From a virus (lineage: Duplodnaviria > Heunggongvirae > Uroviricota > Caudoviricetes): a stretch of DNA of 19,634 nucleotides. The position numbers were made by a program, and so were the translations under genes. Below are positions 7,080-16,600 of this stretch, piece by piece. Below the pieces are notes generated by a model. It made no database searches. It worked only from the letters and a program-made list of their open reading frames with translations, and had not been told where the DNA came from. The stretch is from the IMG/VR virus record IMGVR_UViG_3300006226_000014, positions 88,804 to 108,437 of that record. The stretch is one strand, 5' to 3'. How positions within the stretch are numbered: the first letter of the stretch is position 1; each line of letters starts with the position of its first letter.

Positions 7080-8081
7080 TTATTTTATTTTTCTAGTAAA
7101 ACTTAGATAAGTCTTACTGTGATCTCCTACCCACTTGAGTGAGAGCTGTCTTTCTTCTGAAATATCCCAAGGATTATTTTGAGATATACCCGAAACAACC
7201 ACATTAAATCCGATAGGTGTTGGTGTACATCTTAAAGTCATTCCAACATCTTCTGGTGTTTGTGTTACAGATAAATCAGCATTAAGATTAAGAATAGTAT
7301 CATCACCATCTTGAGTAATTTCTCTAATAACAAAGTGATAGTCAGGATTATCATATGAGAATAATATGACGCGGCCTTGATATTCTCCGCCCCATTGTCC
7401 GATAAAGAGGTCCATATGCCAACCAGTACCGAGTTCGAGGAAACGACCATTTCTAAGTTCTGGAACAAAATTATATCTAGCTTGATATTCTATAAGTGAA
7501 GAATAAGCATCATATACTTCGATTGCTGTTACTAATTCTTTTGATAGGCATTGATCGCCTTTATACCAACCATCGAACTCCCAGCCCCATGGTTCATAAG
7601 CTGTGAATATAACTTCAGTACCATTCTTAACTTCAGCATGTGCTGGTGTTGCATATGCTCCTGAGTTGATAGCATCAGCTGGTACAATAACTACATTAAA
7701 GCCAGTCATTCTTACTGGAATAGTTACTGCGATCTTTCCTTTGATGAACTTAATAGTTGTTGGTTCTTCAATATCTTCACCAAAAACGCCAGGCATTGTG
7801 AGAATCTTAGCAGCCTCTTTTATGCTGTCGGCTACTACTGAAACTGGAAAGTCACCATCTGGTGTTGTGAAATAGCCAGTGTATTGATTAAGGTGCTTAA
7901 CCTCTTGTGGATGATGCTTGTGGTCATGCTTAATTGTGAACTGTTCCATGTGATTAGGATCAGCTATTGGTTGACCAGGAATATGAAAGCCAGGAGGTCC
8001 AGGAAAGTGGGCCCCTCTTGCTGGTCCAGGTCCACCATGTCCAACAAAACCAGCATCTGACGGATGTCTTTTATCTGCCAT
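7080..8081 (-). CDS. probable virion surface/decoration protein with a divergent InlB B-repeat-like domain
   Basis: VKNGTEVIFTAYEPWGWEFDGWYKG...VTAIEV...IEYQARY matches the 'G..V.l.A.p..Gy.F.gW' repeat pattern. His/Gly/Pro-rich N-terminus. SD TAAGGAG. Confidence 0.5.
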   Translation of the reverse strand: MADKRHPSDAGFVGHGGPGPARGAHFPGPPGFHIPGQPIADPNHMEQFTIKHDHKHHPQEVKHLNQYTGYFTTPDGDFPVSVVADSIKEAAKILTMPGVFGEDIEEPTTIKFIKGKIAVTIPVRMTGFNVVIVPADAINSGAYATPAHAEVKNGTEVIFTAYEPWGWEFDGWYKGDQCLSKELVTAIEVYDAYSSLIEYQARYNFVPELRNGRFLELGTGWHMDLFIGQWGGEYQGRVILFSYDNPDYHFVIREITQDGDDTILNLNADLSVTQTPEDVGMTLRCTPTPIGFNVVVSGISQNNPWDISEERQLSLKWVGDHSKTYLSFTRKIK

Positions 8082-8098
8082 TGTAATTATCTCCTTAT

Positions 8099-8110
8099 GA
8101 TATTTAGTAG
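8099..8110 (-). promoter_or_regulatory. class 1 motif with an SD-containing leader
   Basis: CTACTAA ATATC | ATAAGGAGATAATTACAATG. Confidence 0.5.
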
Positions 8111-8111
8111 T

Positions 8112-8175
8112 CTTGCAATAAGAGACTACTTATTGTAAATTAAGTTCTAATTGTAATAGAAAATCTTATTGTAAA
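8112..8175. repeat. array of 11-bp operator/iteron-like repeats
   Basis: CTTATTGTAAA (8129), CTAATTGTAAT (8147) and CTTATTGTAAA (8165) at an exact 18-bp period, plus an inverted copy CTTATTGCAAG (8122-8112). Confidence 0.75.
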
Positions 8176-8200
8176 AGTAGGCCTTCACTTTTAGCAACTC

Positions 8201-8212
8201 TAACTAATTACT
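8201..8212 (+). promoter_or_regulatory. class 1 motif
   Basis: TAACTAA TTACT ATG(8213). Confidence 0.55.
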
Positions 8213-8503
8213 ATGAAGTCAATAAATAGAAGACGACAGCAAATAGTTGACTTAAATACTGGTAAGACATATATCAACGAATCAATGGCTGAGAAAGATA
8301 TCGGCTTATCTCGATATTTCATACACAAAAGTCTCACTGAGAAAATACCAGTAAAAGGTCAAATGTTTGCTTACTATTCTTATAGTATGGACACAGTAGC
8401 AATGAAGAACCACTATATGCAAAACTATAACGAAGTAATAACAAGGAGTAAAAAATGGCAGAACTTAACCCGGTTGACGGCTCAGGCATCAACCCTAACT
8501 TAG
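8213..8503 (+). CDS. NUMOD1/IENR1-like HTH DNA-binding protein without a nuclease domain
   Basis: IVDLNTGKTYINESMAEKDIGLSRYFIHKSL...KGQMFAY fits the pattern I.D..TG..Y.S...A....G.S...I........kG..F.Y. Confidence 0.6.
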   Translation: MKSINRRRQQIVDLNTGKTYINESMAEKDIGLSRYFIHKSLTEKIPVKGQMFAYYSYSMDTVAMKNHYMQNYNEVITRSKKWQNLTRLTAQASTLT

Positions 8504-9570
8504 ACAAAATCCAAAAAGCGAGGCAAGATTTTGATGCCAAACTAACAATGCCAGCTGGATATGTTGAGGTTGTCTTATCAACAAGAGGATTAGTAGGAGC
8601 ACCCGCTCGCTTCTATATTAGAAACTTTAGCCCAGAAGATTTGATGAAGTTGGGGCTATCTGATAAGGAAGACGTCCCTCTCGAACTTATCAAAGTATTA
8701 GACAGTCTTATATACAACCCAGACAATAACCCAATGTTATCAGTCAAGAACTTTCACGAGAAAGAAGTTATTGAACTATTGCTCTTCTTATATGAGACAT
8801 TCTATACGACCATCTTTCCTAATCAGGAATGGATCTTAACTGATGAAGACTGGGAGTTCTTGAAGCAACAACATGGTGGAGAAGACAGCGACGAATTCAG
8901 GGCACAAGAACGCGCTATTAAGAATAAGACATGGAAGCCAGTGTTTGACATTGACATATCAGCATTAGATTACTATGAAATTCCAGATGATATCAAGCTT
9001 AAGGCTCGTATTGATCGTAAGTATTCTAATCAAAACTTTTCGGCAACTTTCACACTGCCAAAATTTGGTGACTTCATCACACTTAAGTACTTCATAGACA
9101 GCATCTACAAAGAAGAAGACAAAAAGTTTGCTCGTATAGGAGAGACATATAAGTTCAGAAAAGAAGCTGAGGAAAAGTTGATGAATGGTGAAAAGATCAA
9201 CTTAGCGTCTATTCCTAATGTACCTAAAGCTGATTTAGATAAGTTCAAAGAGTATGAAGTCAATAAGTCATTGTTTGCCATTACAGCATCTAAAGCATTG
9301 TATCTAGACGAATTTGATGGTGAAAACGTATCACAATGGCCGTTAGAGAAAAAGCTCGAGTTAGCAAAAGATGCTCGATTAGACTATTCAACGTTTAAGA
9401 TGGTACAGGACCATTTTAATGAACTTAAATTTGGGCTAAAGGAGGATATAACCGTACGCGACCCCATCTTAGGAGAAGTCGTTACGCGGAAGTACACATT
9501 TCAACTCATTGATCTACTCACGGCCATTAGAGATACAGGAGCTTCTGAAACTACTCTATCTTTTGTCTAG
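8455..9570 (+). CDS. probable baseplate-hub/tail assembly chaperone (T4 gp26-like)
   Basis: FYIRNFSPEDLMKL...LIKVLDSLI...VKNFHEKEVIELLLFL and FTLPKFGD resemble gp26-family motifs. SD AAGGAG. Confidence 0.5.
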   Translation: MAELNPVDGSGINPNLDKIQKARQDFDAKLTMPAGYVEVVLSTRGLVGAPARFYIRNFSPEDLMKLGLSDKEDVPLELIKVLDSLIYNPDNNPMLSVKNFHEKEVIELLLFLYETFYTTIFPNQEWILTDEDWEFLKQQHGGEDSDEFRAQERAIKNKTWKPVFDIDISALDYYEIPDDIKLKARIDRKYSNQNFSATFTLPKFGDFITLKYFIDSIYKEEDKKFARIGETYKFRKEAEEKLMNGEKINLASIPNVPKADLDKFKEYEVNKSLFAITASKALYLDEFDGENVSQWPLEKKLELAKDARLDYSTFKMVQDHFNELKFGLKEDITVRDPILGEVVTRKYTFQLIDLLTAIRDTGASETTLSFV

Positions 9571-9805
9571 AGACTGTGGATTTGGTTACGACGAAATGAT
9601 GCATATGCCCACACACATATTGTTGGGCTTATGGAATGCTAAGCGTGGTGTTCTAGAATCAGAGAACGAAGAGCAAAAGAAACAACAACAAACTGGAGCA
9701 GGAACAGCTGTACCGTCTATGAGCCAAATGATGGGGCAAGCTAAATCAATGACACCTAAAGTGCCATCAATGCCAAACCCGGCTAGCTTTAGGCTTCCAC
9801 GGTAG
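9509..9805 (+). CDS. small gp51-like / chaperone C-terminal extension ORF
   Basis: LLYLLSRDCGFGYDEMMHMP...LESENEEQKKQQQ resembles the short ORFs that follow gp26/G-type chaperones. TTG start with no SD; overlaps the upstream ORF by 62 nt. Confidence 0.45.
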   Translation: MIYSRPLEIQELLKLLYLLSRDCGFGYDEMMHMPTHILLGLWNAKRGVLESENEEQKKQQQTGAGTAVPSMSQMMGQAKSMTPKVPSMPNPASFRLPR

Positions 9806-10259
9806 CTTCGGCTATCTTATCTTTAAGTTGAACCTTTTCAGCTAAGAACTGCAGTGCTTGTAGCCCCACCAAAATATCGGTGGGGGTTGCAGCATTTAGC
9901 TCTTTGATGTTGTTCTGTGTGTAGTGCGGTGTTTGTTCTTTTTGCTTTTGTGCAAGTTCATTCTGCTGTGCTGCTGTCAATAGCTGCATTGTTGGTGATA
10001 CGAGCTTAGAGATTAAGTCGTTCTTATTAGTAGAGGCACTAGTTGCTAAGGCTATCAATTCAGATGCTTTCATATCTGGCAGTTTAGCTATGATAGCGTT
10101 CTTAATCGCCTGTTGATAGACATCTTCTTGTCTAGCCATTTCAAATGTATCATTGAGAAACTTGCCCAAAGAATCTTCAATCAGTTTGACAGAAGTTGTC
10201 TTGGTGGCTAAGTCGTGTATTTGTTCTTCAGTTGGAACTACGTCTGTAATATCACTCAT
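9789..10259 (-). CDS. hypothetical helical protein
   Basis: 156-aa ORF preceded by the class 1 motif TAACTAA CTAAT ATG. Confidence 0.75.
   Translation of the reverse strand: MSDITDVVPTEEQIHDLATKTTSVKLIEDSLGKFLNDTFEMARQEDVYQQAIKNAIIAKLPDMKASELIALATSASTNKNDLISKLVSPTMQLLTAAQQNELAQKQKEQTPHYTQNNIKELNAATPTDILVGLQALQFLAEKVQLKDKIAEATVEA
9801..9824 (+). terminator. C(UUCG)G hairpin, probable terminator
   Basis: GGTAGC TTCG GCTATC followed by TTATCTTT, at the convergent overlap of 9509-9805 and 9789-10259. Confidence 0.5.
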
Positions 10260-10281
10260 ATTAGTTAGTTAATCTATAATC
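10260..10281. promoter_or_regulatory. 22-bp bidirectional promoter region
   Basis: Class 1 motif on the minus strand (10271-10260) overlaps the class 2-like GTTAATCTA on the plus strand (10268-10276). Confidence 0.5.
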
Positions 10282-10614
10282 ATGATGGAAGCTTTTGATT
10301 TTGAGTTGCAAAAGATAGCGCAAAAGATGCGCTACGACTCTTTAGATGCTTATGTTGATACTAGTGAGTTGTTCCAATTAGTTGTTATGGAATTAGCAGA
10401 TAGATTCACTGGTAAGATGGTACATATTGCTATTAGAGAGTTTAAGGAAAGTTTAAGTCACTATATGGATCGCTTCAATCAAAAATGCAATATGTTCCAA
10501 TCAGAAGATGGGACTTTCAAAGTTGAACAAACAGATAGAAGCATAACTATACAGTTTAACTTTCATGTCAACGAATATCAGAACAATACTTTCAACATAC
10601 GTATTTCTATATAA
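10282..10614 (+). CDS. hypothetical protein, possibly gp25/GPW-like baseplate wedge subunit
   Basis: 110 aa with C-terminal alternating beta strands (KVEQTDRSITIQFNFHV...FNIRISI), directly upstream of the giant baseplate-like gene. Confidence 0.35.
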   Translation: MMEAFDFELQKIAQKMRYDSLDAYVDTSELFQLVVMELADRFTGKMVHIAIREFKESLSHYMDRFNQKCNMFQSEDGTFKVEQTDRSITIQFNFHVNEYQNNTFNIRISI

Positions 10615-10624
10615 GTTCAGTCTT

Positions 10625-10636
10625 TAACTAATTATA
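10625..10636 (+). promoter_or_regulatory. class 1 motif
   Basis: TAACTAA TTATA TAAG ATG(10641). Confidence 0.5.
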
Positions 10637-10640
10637 TAAG

Positions 10641-13600
10641 ATGGAACGATTCCCTACAAATGCCAAGTACTATCAATCGGTATTAGACACATACACATCA
10701 TCAGATGAGTTCAATGCTAACAAACGAGTTCACTATAATAATGAGATACCACCAGTCGACTTATACGATATGGTACACTCCAAACTCAAGAATGATATGT
10801 GGAAGTGGTTCTTAGGCTCATCATCTATTGCATATGATATCCCTTACAATATAGCCACAGACGCTCTCGAATACTTTGATGAAGACGGCATTATAGTTCA
10901 GCCATCTATTGCTAAATATGTCAATGGAGTTAGAGCGCCAGATTTTGGTCCAGTTCCTAAGCTAACGTACAACCCTAACATTAAGCCAACTTATCAAAGA
11001 ATGTTAGATCGAGCTAATTCTATAACAGACCCTTATGATAAGCAGCGCGCATTAGATGAAGCAGCTAACTACATCAAGGACTTCTACTATAATGAGAGAG
11101 TAGATGATTACTATGAGATTACTGTTCCAGAATACCATCGTGTACAATTAGAAGGCGTCTTTTTACCAGAGGTTGACTTCTTGCTTCATGAAGGATATCG
11201 TTATCTTAGTGTACTATATCCAGATCATCCAAACTTTACAGAGATCTTAACAACAAATGAGGTCAACGATGAGATCATTCAAGCAGCTGCTGTTATCCAT
11301 TATGTGCCTGACTGTATCTTTTTTGACTGGTTAGTAACAGAATACGAACAAGGTGTAGACTATTACGACTTACCTAGAGCCTTCAAAGAAGAAGCTCTTA
11401 TGATGAAGATTCGTAACTTGACTAATCATGCATTTAGACGAAAGTTGTATGGTGCAAAGACTGGCTATATGCAGTTTGGTAGTGAGATACTACAACACAT
11501 GTCTGTTCATATAGTTGCGGAGTATTTGCCATTCAAACCGTACTTAAGAATAGACGAAACTATTCGTAACAACAATGAACATAAGAACTTTAAGTGGTAC
11601 AACAACATATATCACAAGCCAGACATTTTAGATGACCGCGCCATCAATAAGTTTGACACTCTATACAGAAAGCAGTTCCGCTTATTAGATTTTGACAACT
11701 GGTCATATGACTATGTCAACACCTACAAAGATCCGGTGGAGATATTTGGTACAGCTTATCCGACGCCTTATTCTATGTCCGACATATATGAATACCCCAA
11801 CACTCGCAATACTGTGCTACAAGTACCAATGACAATAATGGAAGATTTCTATAGTGGTCAAAAAGTAACTGTAAGCGGGCAACCTTGCTTCATTAACTAT
11901 ATGATCAAAGAGAATGCTTACAGAGTGAGTGTCAATCTTTCATATGCTGGCGATGAATTAGATGACCACTATTGTAGTACTTATCAGCTTATAGATGCTA
12001 TCACACATATCAATATCACTAGTCGTATTGATCCAATCTATGTTGACTTTCAAATTCACAGAGGAGTAGAACATACTCTACAACGCGTTTTAGATGCTGA
12101 ACCCGATACTTATGATATGTTAGCATTTGAGTCAGCTGTTCATGAACCTAATCCGCTAACTCGATCAATTAAGGAGTTGTACAAACTCATACCTGACCAT
12201 ATAGATGGTAAGTTCACGCTTAACCCGCATCAGAATGGAACATTGTACATGCCCGCTAATCAGTTCTTAACACTATATGCTGACTACTTAAATGTTACAA
12301 TAGATAGAACTGACTACGAAAAGCCAGTTTTACAATTCAGTGCAACAGCGATGGCAGAAGATGGCTACGTACATCAGAACGATTTAATAGTTAACGACCT
12401 AGTCAACAGCACTTACATCTCAGAAATAGTTGGCATAGAGAACGGTGTCTTTAAGTTCACCGTTACTGAGGCTGATAGAATGTTCGCGTCTCCAACCGGA
12501 GACAGATTAGGTCTTAGCAGCATAGAAGCAATCAATGCAAAAGAAGATGGTGAGTATGTACTAGTATTTGAATTCAGTAAGCAGAACTTACCAGAGCTGA
12601 CTGGAAAGAAAGTCGTGCTAATGGGTAAGCCAATCTTTTCTACAACTGAGCATCCTGACAAAGACAACCAATATCAAGTGAATGGTGTGACATTCTATGT
12701 GTCAGCAATTCCATTTGTTAAGTCACACGAAATGCTCAAATGTCTATATGTATCATACGAACAAACTGCATTAGATAAGTTCAAACTATTAGAAACAATC
12801 TTTAAGAATGGCTCTTCATTGAAAGAGGGACATATCTATAAGACAAACTATGCTCGATATGAAAAAGCCACTAACGCTTATGCCACATTTGTTCCAGCGC
12901 TTAAGACTTTGATAGCACAGAACAAGGCTGGGCAGGTGCATCCTAATGATACATATTGGAATAGAGTCAAAACAGCAGCTACTAATTTGATCGATGCATA
13001 TGATTTAGCACCAGTTAAGCAACGACAACTTAGAGAGTACTATAATGATTTTGTTGCTACAAATGATAGCACTGCAGCATTACGTGATCCTGATAAGATA
13101 GAGGCCAACTGTCTCGCTCTGTATGATATGTTTGAAGAGTACAACAGTGTGTACTTCCCACTATTGTTCTGTGAGATATCTATTGACTTAGATAGAGAGT
13201 ACTACACATCATATAGATCATCCAATGATGAGACAAGACGGACGCTTAACGCGATAGAACGACTTGATGTTGTTCTTGATACTATGCTTCCAAATAGGAA
13301 CTTACTACTAAAACCAGCAACAAATGATTTCTACAATGTCAACTTAACTGAAGAGTTCGCCTATTCACCATTAGTTCAATTAGATACTTTGAGCAATGTA
13401 CTATCAATTCATCTTGACAAATATGGTGAAGGCATAACACATACAAAAGTACTCGAACTCGGCACTGACGGTTTGCTTAATGAGTACACATTCGGCTCGC
13501 TTAATACAGCTTCTATTTCGAGTAACAATGAAGATGTTAAGTTAGATGATCCACAATACTATTATTCAAATGGCAAAGAGTACATAGAACGCTATTACTT

Positions 13601-16600
13601 AGGAACACAGGAGTATCTTTGTCTAAATAAAGATATCTCATTCGCTATAAATGCTAGCTCTGAACCTAAGAAGTTCTCATATGCAACTATTGACTTCCTC
13701 GACTTATTTATGCCTGATGATAAGGTCAACAATGTAGTTGGGGTTGTTCAACAAACACACGAAGTTGAGATAAGAAGCATTTGCACAGCTGGAAGTAACA
13801 TTATAGATTTTGTCGATGAAGAATCTATATGGCGAATGGCAGCGTTATCAACTGGTGATCAAGTTATTGGTAAGACAATAGAGAATGACACTTTCATCGA
13901 GGTTATCAACATTGATAATCATTATGTCACGCTTAACAAAGCACTTCATACTTCAGGCGATTTTGTATTGACATATCTTTGTAAGATCAACATATTTGCC
14001 AAAGACGTTTATGTTGACTTCTTCAAGTATCGTTATGAACTTTCACGCAATAAGTTGATCGATACTGGCTCAGTTGTTAGTCACATATTCAACAAAGAAC
14101 GATATGACTGTTGGCCGAGCGAAACTTACCCAATGAGTGCAGTGGACGTTAGCAAGTTCAAAGAGAATCTCCTACGTAACTTACGTAATCAAAGTATCTA
14201 TAAGCAGTTCTTTAACCGACACGTTTGGGACTTACATAATGATGGCATTGATCCAACAGCTGGATATACTATGTCATCTGTCATACATGTCAACCAAGGT
14301 CTTTTCTTAGAAGCTAATGCATTTAAAACTTTCAAAGAAACGAACCCAGCTAAAAAGGCTATGCTAACTGATCCATTAGGAGTATTTGGATTCACAAATG
14401 ATAGAGAGTACATAATGAAGAAAGAAGTACTCGACTATTTTCAGAACTATCTTTATGAACTTTCTAGAGCATCTGATAATGTTAACGTTGGTGTAGCTAT
14501 TACTGCGTCAACTAAAGCTGACGGTGAACCAACTATTGATCCAAAGATTGACAGTGTGTTCACAACTTATGGTTGGAACTTCAATACAGTACCATATTAT
14601 GTAGACATTGGTGTTGGTAAATTAGACGATGTTCTAATTCAAAAGATGGAATTTGAAGATCAGCAGTTAGATTATGAAGACAAATCATATTGGAATTACA
14701 GCATTTATGATGATATTCATATGACTAAAGATCGAGATGAACGATGGCAACATGAAACGGACAATATGTCATATGAAGAGTTGCGAGAACAAGGTATTGA
14801 TTTAGAAAAAGCTGATCGTTCTGTATGGTTTGCTAAGCAGTTCACAGTGAAAGATGGTGATGGAATCCCACCTATTTATAGCATACATCGCCCAATAATG
14901 CGCGCTTATATTGGTGAATATGAGGTACAAAAGTTCATTAAGTTTGATGGTTATCTTGAGAAGAACTTCACAACAGTGCAATTTAGTATCATCAAGCAGG
15001 TCTTTAAGAACTTGAAGAAAGATAATGAAGTCCCTCTCAATGTAGTCAATAAGCGCTTTTTTGAACTTAACATATTACGTAATGTTATTGTCAATAATAA
15101 GAAAGATTTAGATACAGATACTGATCTTATTCGTGATGGCCAAGAAATTACTTCTATTTATTTAGGTGAGTGGAGACCAGGTTCTAGATTAGTTGGCGGA
15201 CAATACTATATCAACTGGCCAGCAATTCCAGTAGATATGACACCTAATCGTATTTACTATTATTCTATTGCTGAACACATACAATTAGTGTCTGTTATTG
15301 ATGATGTGAAATTTGAAGAAAAAACTGGTGTCCTTCCCAATATAGCATTTGAAGCTGGAACTATCATAGTTGTCGAAAATGGTAGATGGCAAGTTAAAGA
15401 TTTTGTATTCGCCGGATTATATGGTACGAGTTCTGAACTTAATAAGATCATTATACCACCAAATGATGATGATACATTTGTCAATATTTCTAATTCTTAT
15501 CCAATTGAAAAACGAGATGACGGGGCGGAATACACATTACTGCATATGTTGCTTGTTAAGCTTCTAATTAATTTAGGTTTATTCAAAGGTAACTTACAGA
15601 ATGTATGTGAATATACGGTAGAACAACTTGAAGAAATGTATCAAAATGTTTTAGATTATAGAGATACAGAATTTGATGATGATGGTAACATTATTCATCA
15701 AGAAAATATAGAGGCCATTAAGACAGAAATACTAGGTTCTGGTTATATAGAAAATAGTCCAACAGCACTTTTATTTCCAGAAACTTTTAAGAATAAATAT
15801 AATGTTAATACACATAACATATATTGGTTTATGTACACTAAAGGTCGTGATGCACAATATGGTCTTTTAGAACGTTGTCAAATAATGCCGGGGCAATGTA
15901 TTGCTTTATTATATGTAAATAATAAATTTAGAATCTCGTTACTTAATGAAAATAAATTATTATTCTTAATCAATTCAGATAAAAAGATCAGAATCAATAC
16001 TGAAGAATATCTCACATTTATTGGACAATATGGCTATACAGAAAAAAGAAATATTTTCTTATTTGAAAAAGTTGATCAATATGTTAACACATTAGATTTA
16101 CGATATAAGAATTTACTTAGGGGTTCAGTTGATGTTAATATAACAGCAGTTCCGCATTTTAAAGTTGATGGTTGGGAATATAATAATGATGGAATAACTC
16201 TTAAAGATGAAATAAGAAAAAATCCATTTGACATAACAGAAGATAATATCTATTATGATAGCATTAATAATAAATTATATTCATATAATACTGATAGTAA
16301 AACTCATGAAAAAACTAAATTTGCTATTGTTCAAGAAGATAACAAATACTTCAAGAACTTATTGTACATATATGGACAATATCAACAATTAGGTGCTACT
16401 ATCAATAAAGAATTTGTTGAACAAGGTGTTCTTACTCCAATTCCAGGTGTACCTTTCAATGTTGACAATGCTAGTCTATTTGATCGTATTCTTGAAATAG
16501 AACAAATCAACATTCGTTCACAGTATAATATCAATTTAGAACCAACATTATTCTCTTCATATTGCAATATAGAAGGTATTCTTAAAGGCATTCATGTTAC

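Noticed and set aside
7265-7875. ORFs 7265-7468 (-) and 7603-7875 (+)
   Set aside because: Nested in or antisense to 7080-8081.
8334-8540. 68-aa minus-strand ORF
   Set aside because: Antisense to two supported genes.
12413-16591. Five short ORFs listed in the track within 12413-16591
   Set aside because: All are antisense or out of frame within the giant ORF.
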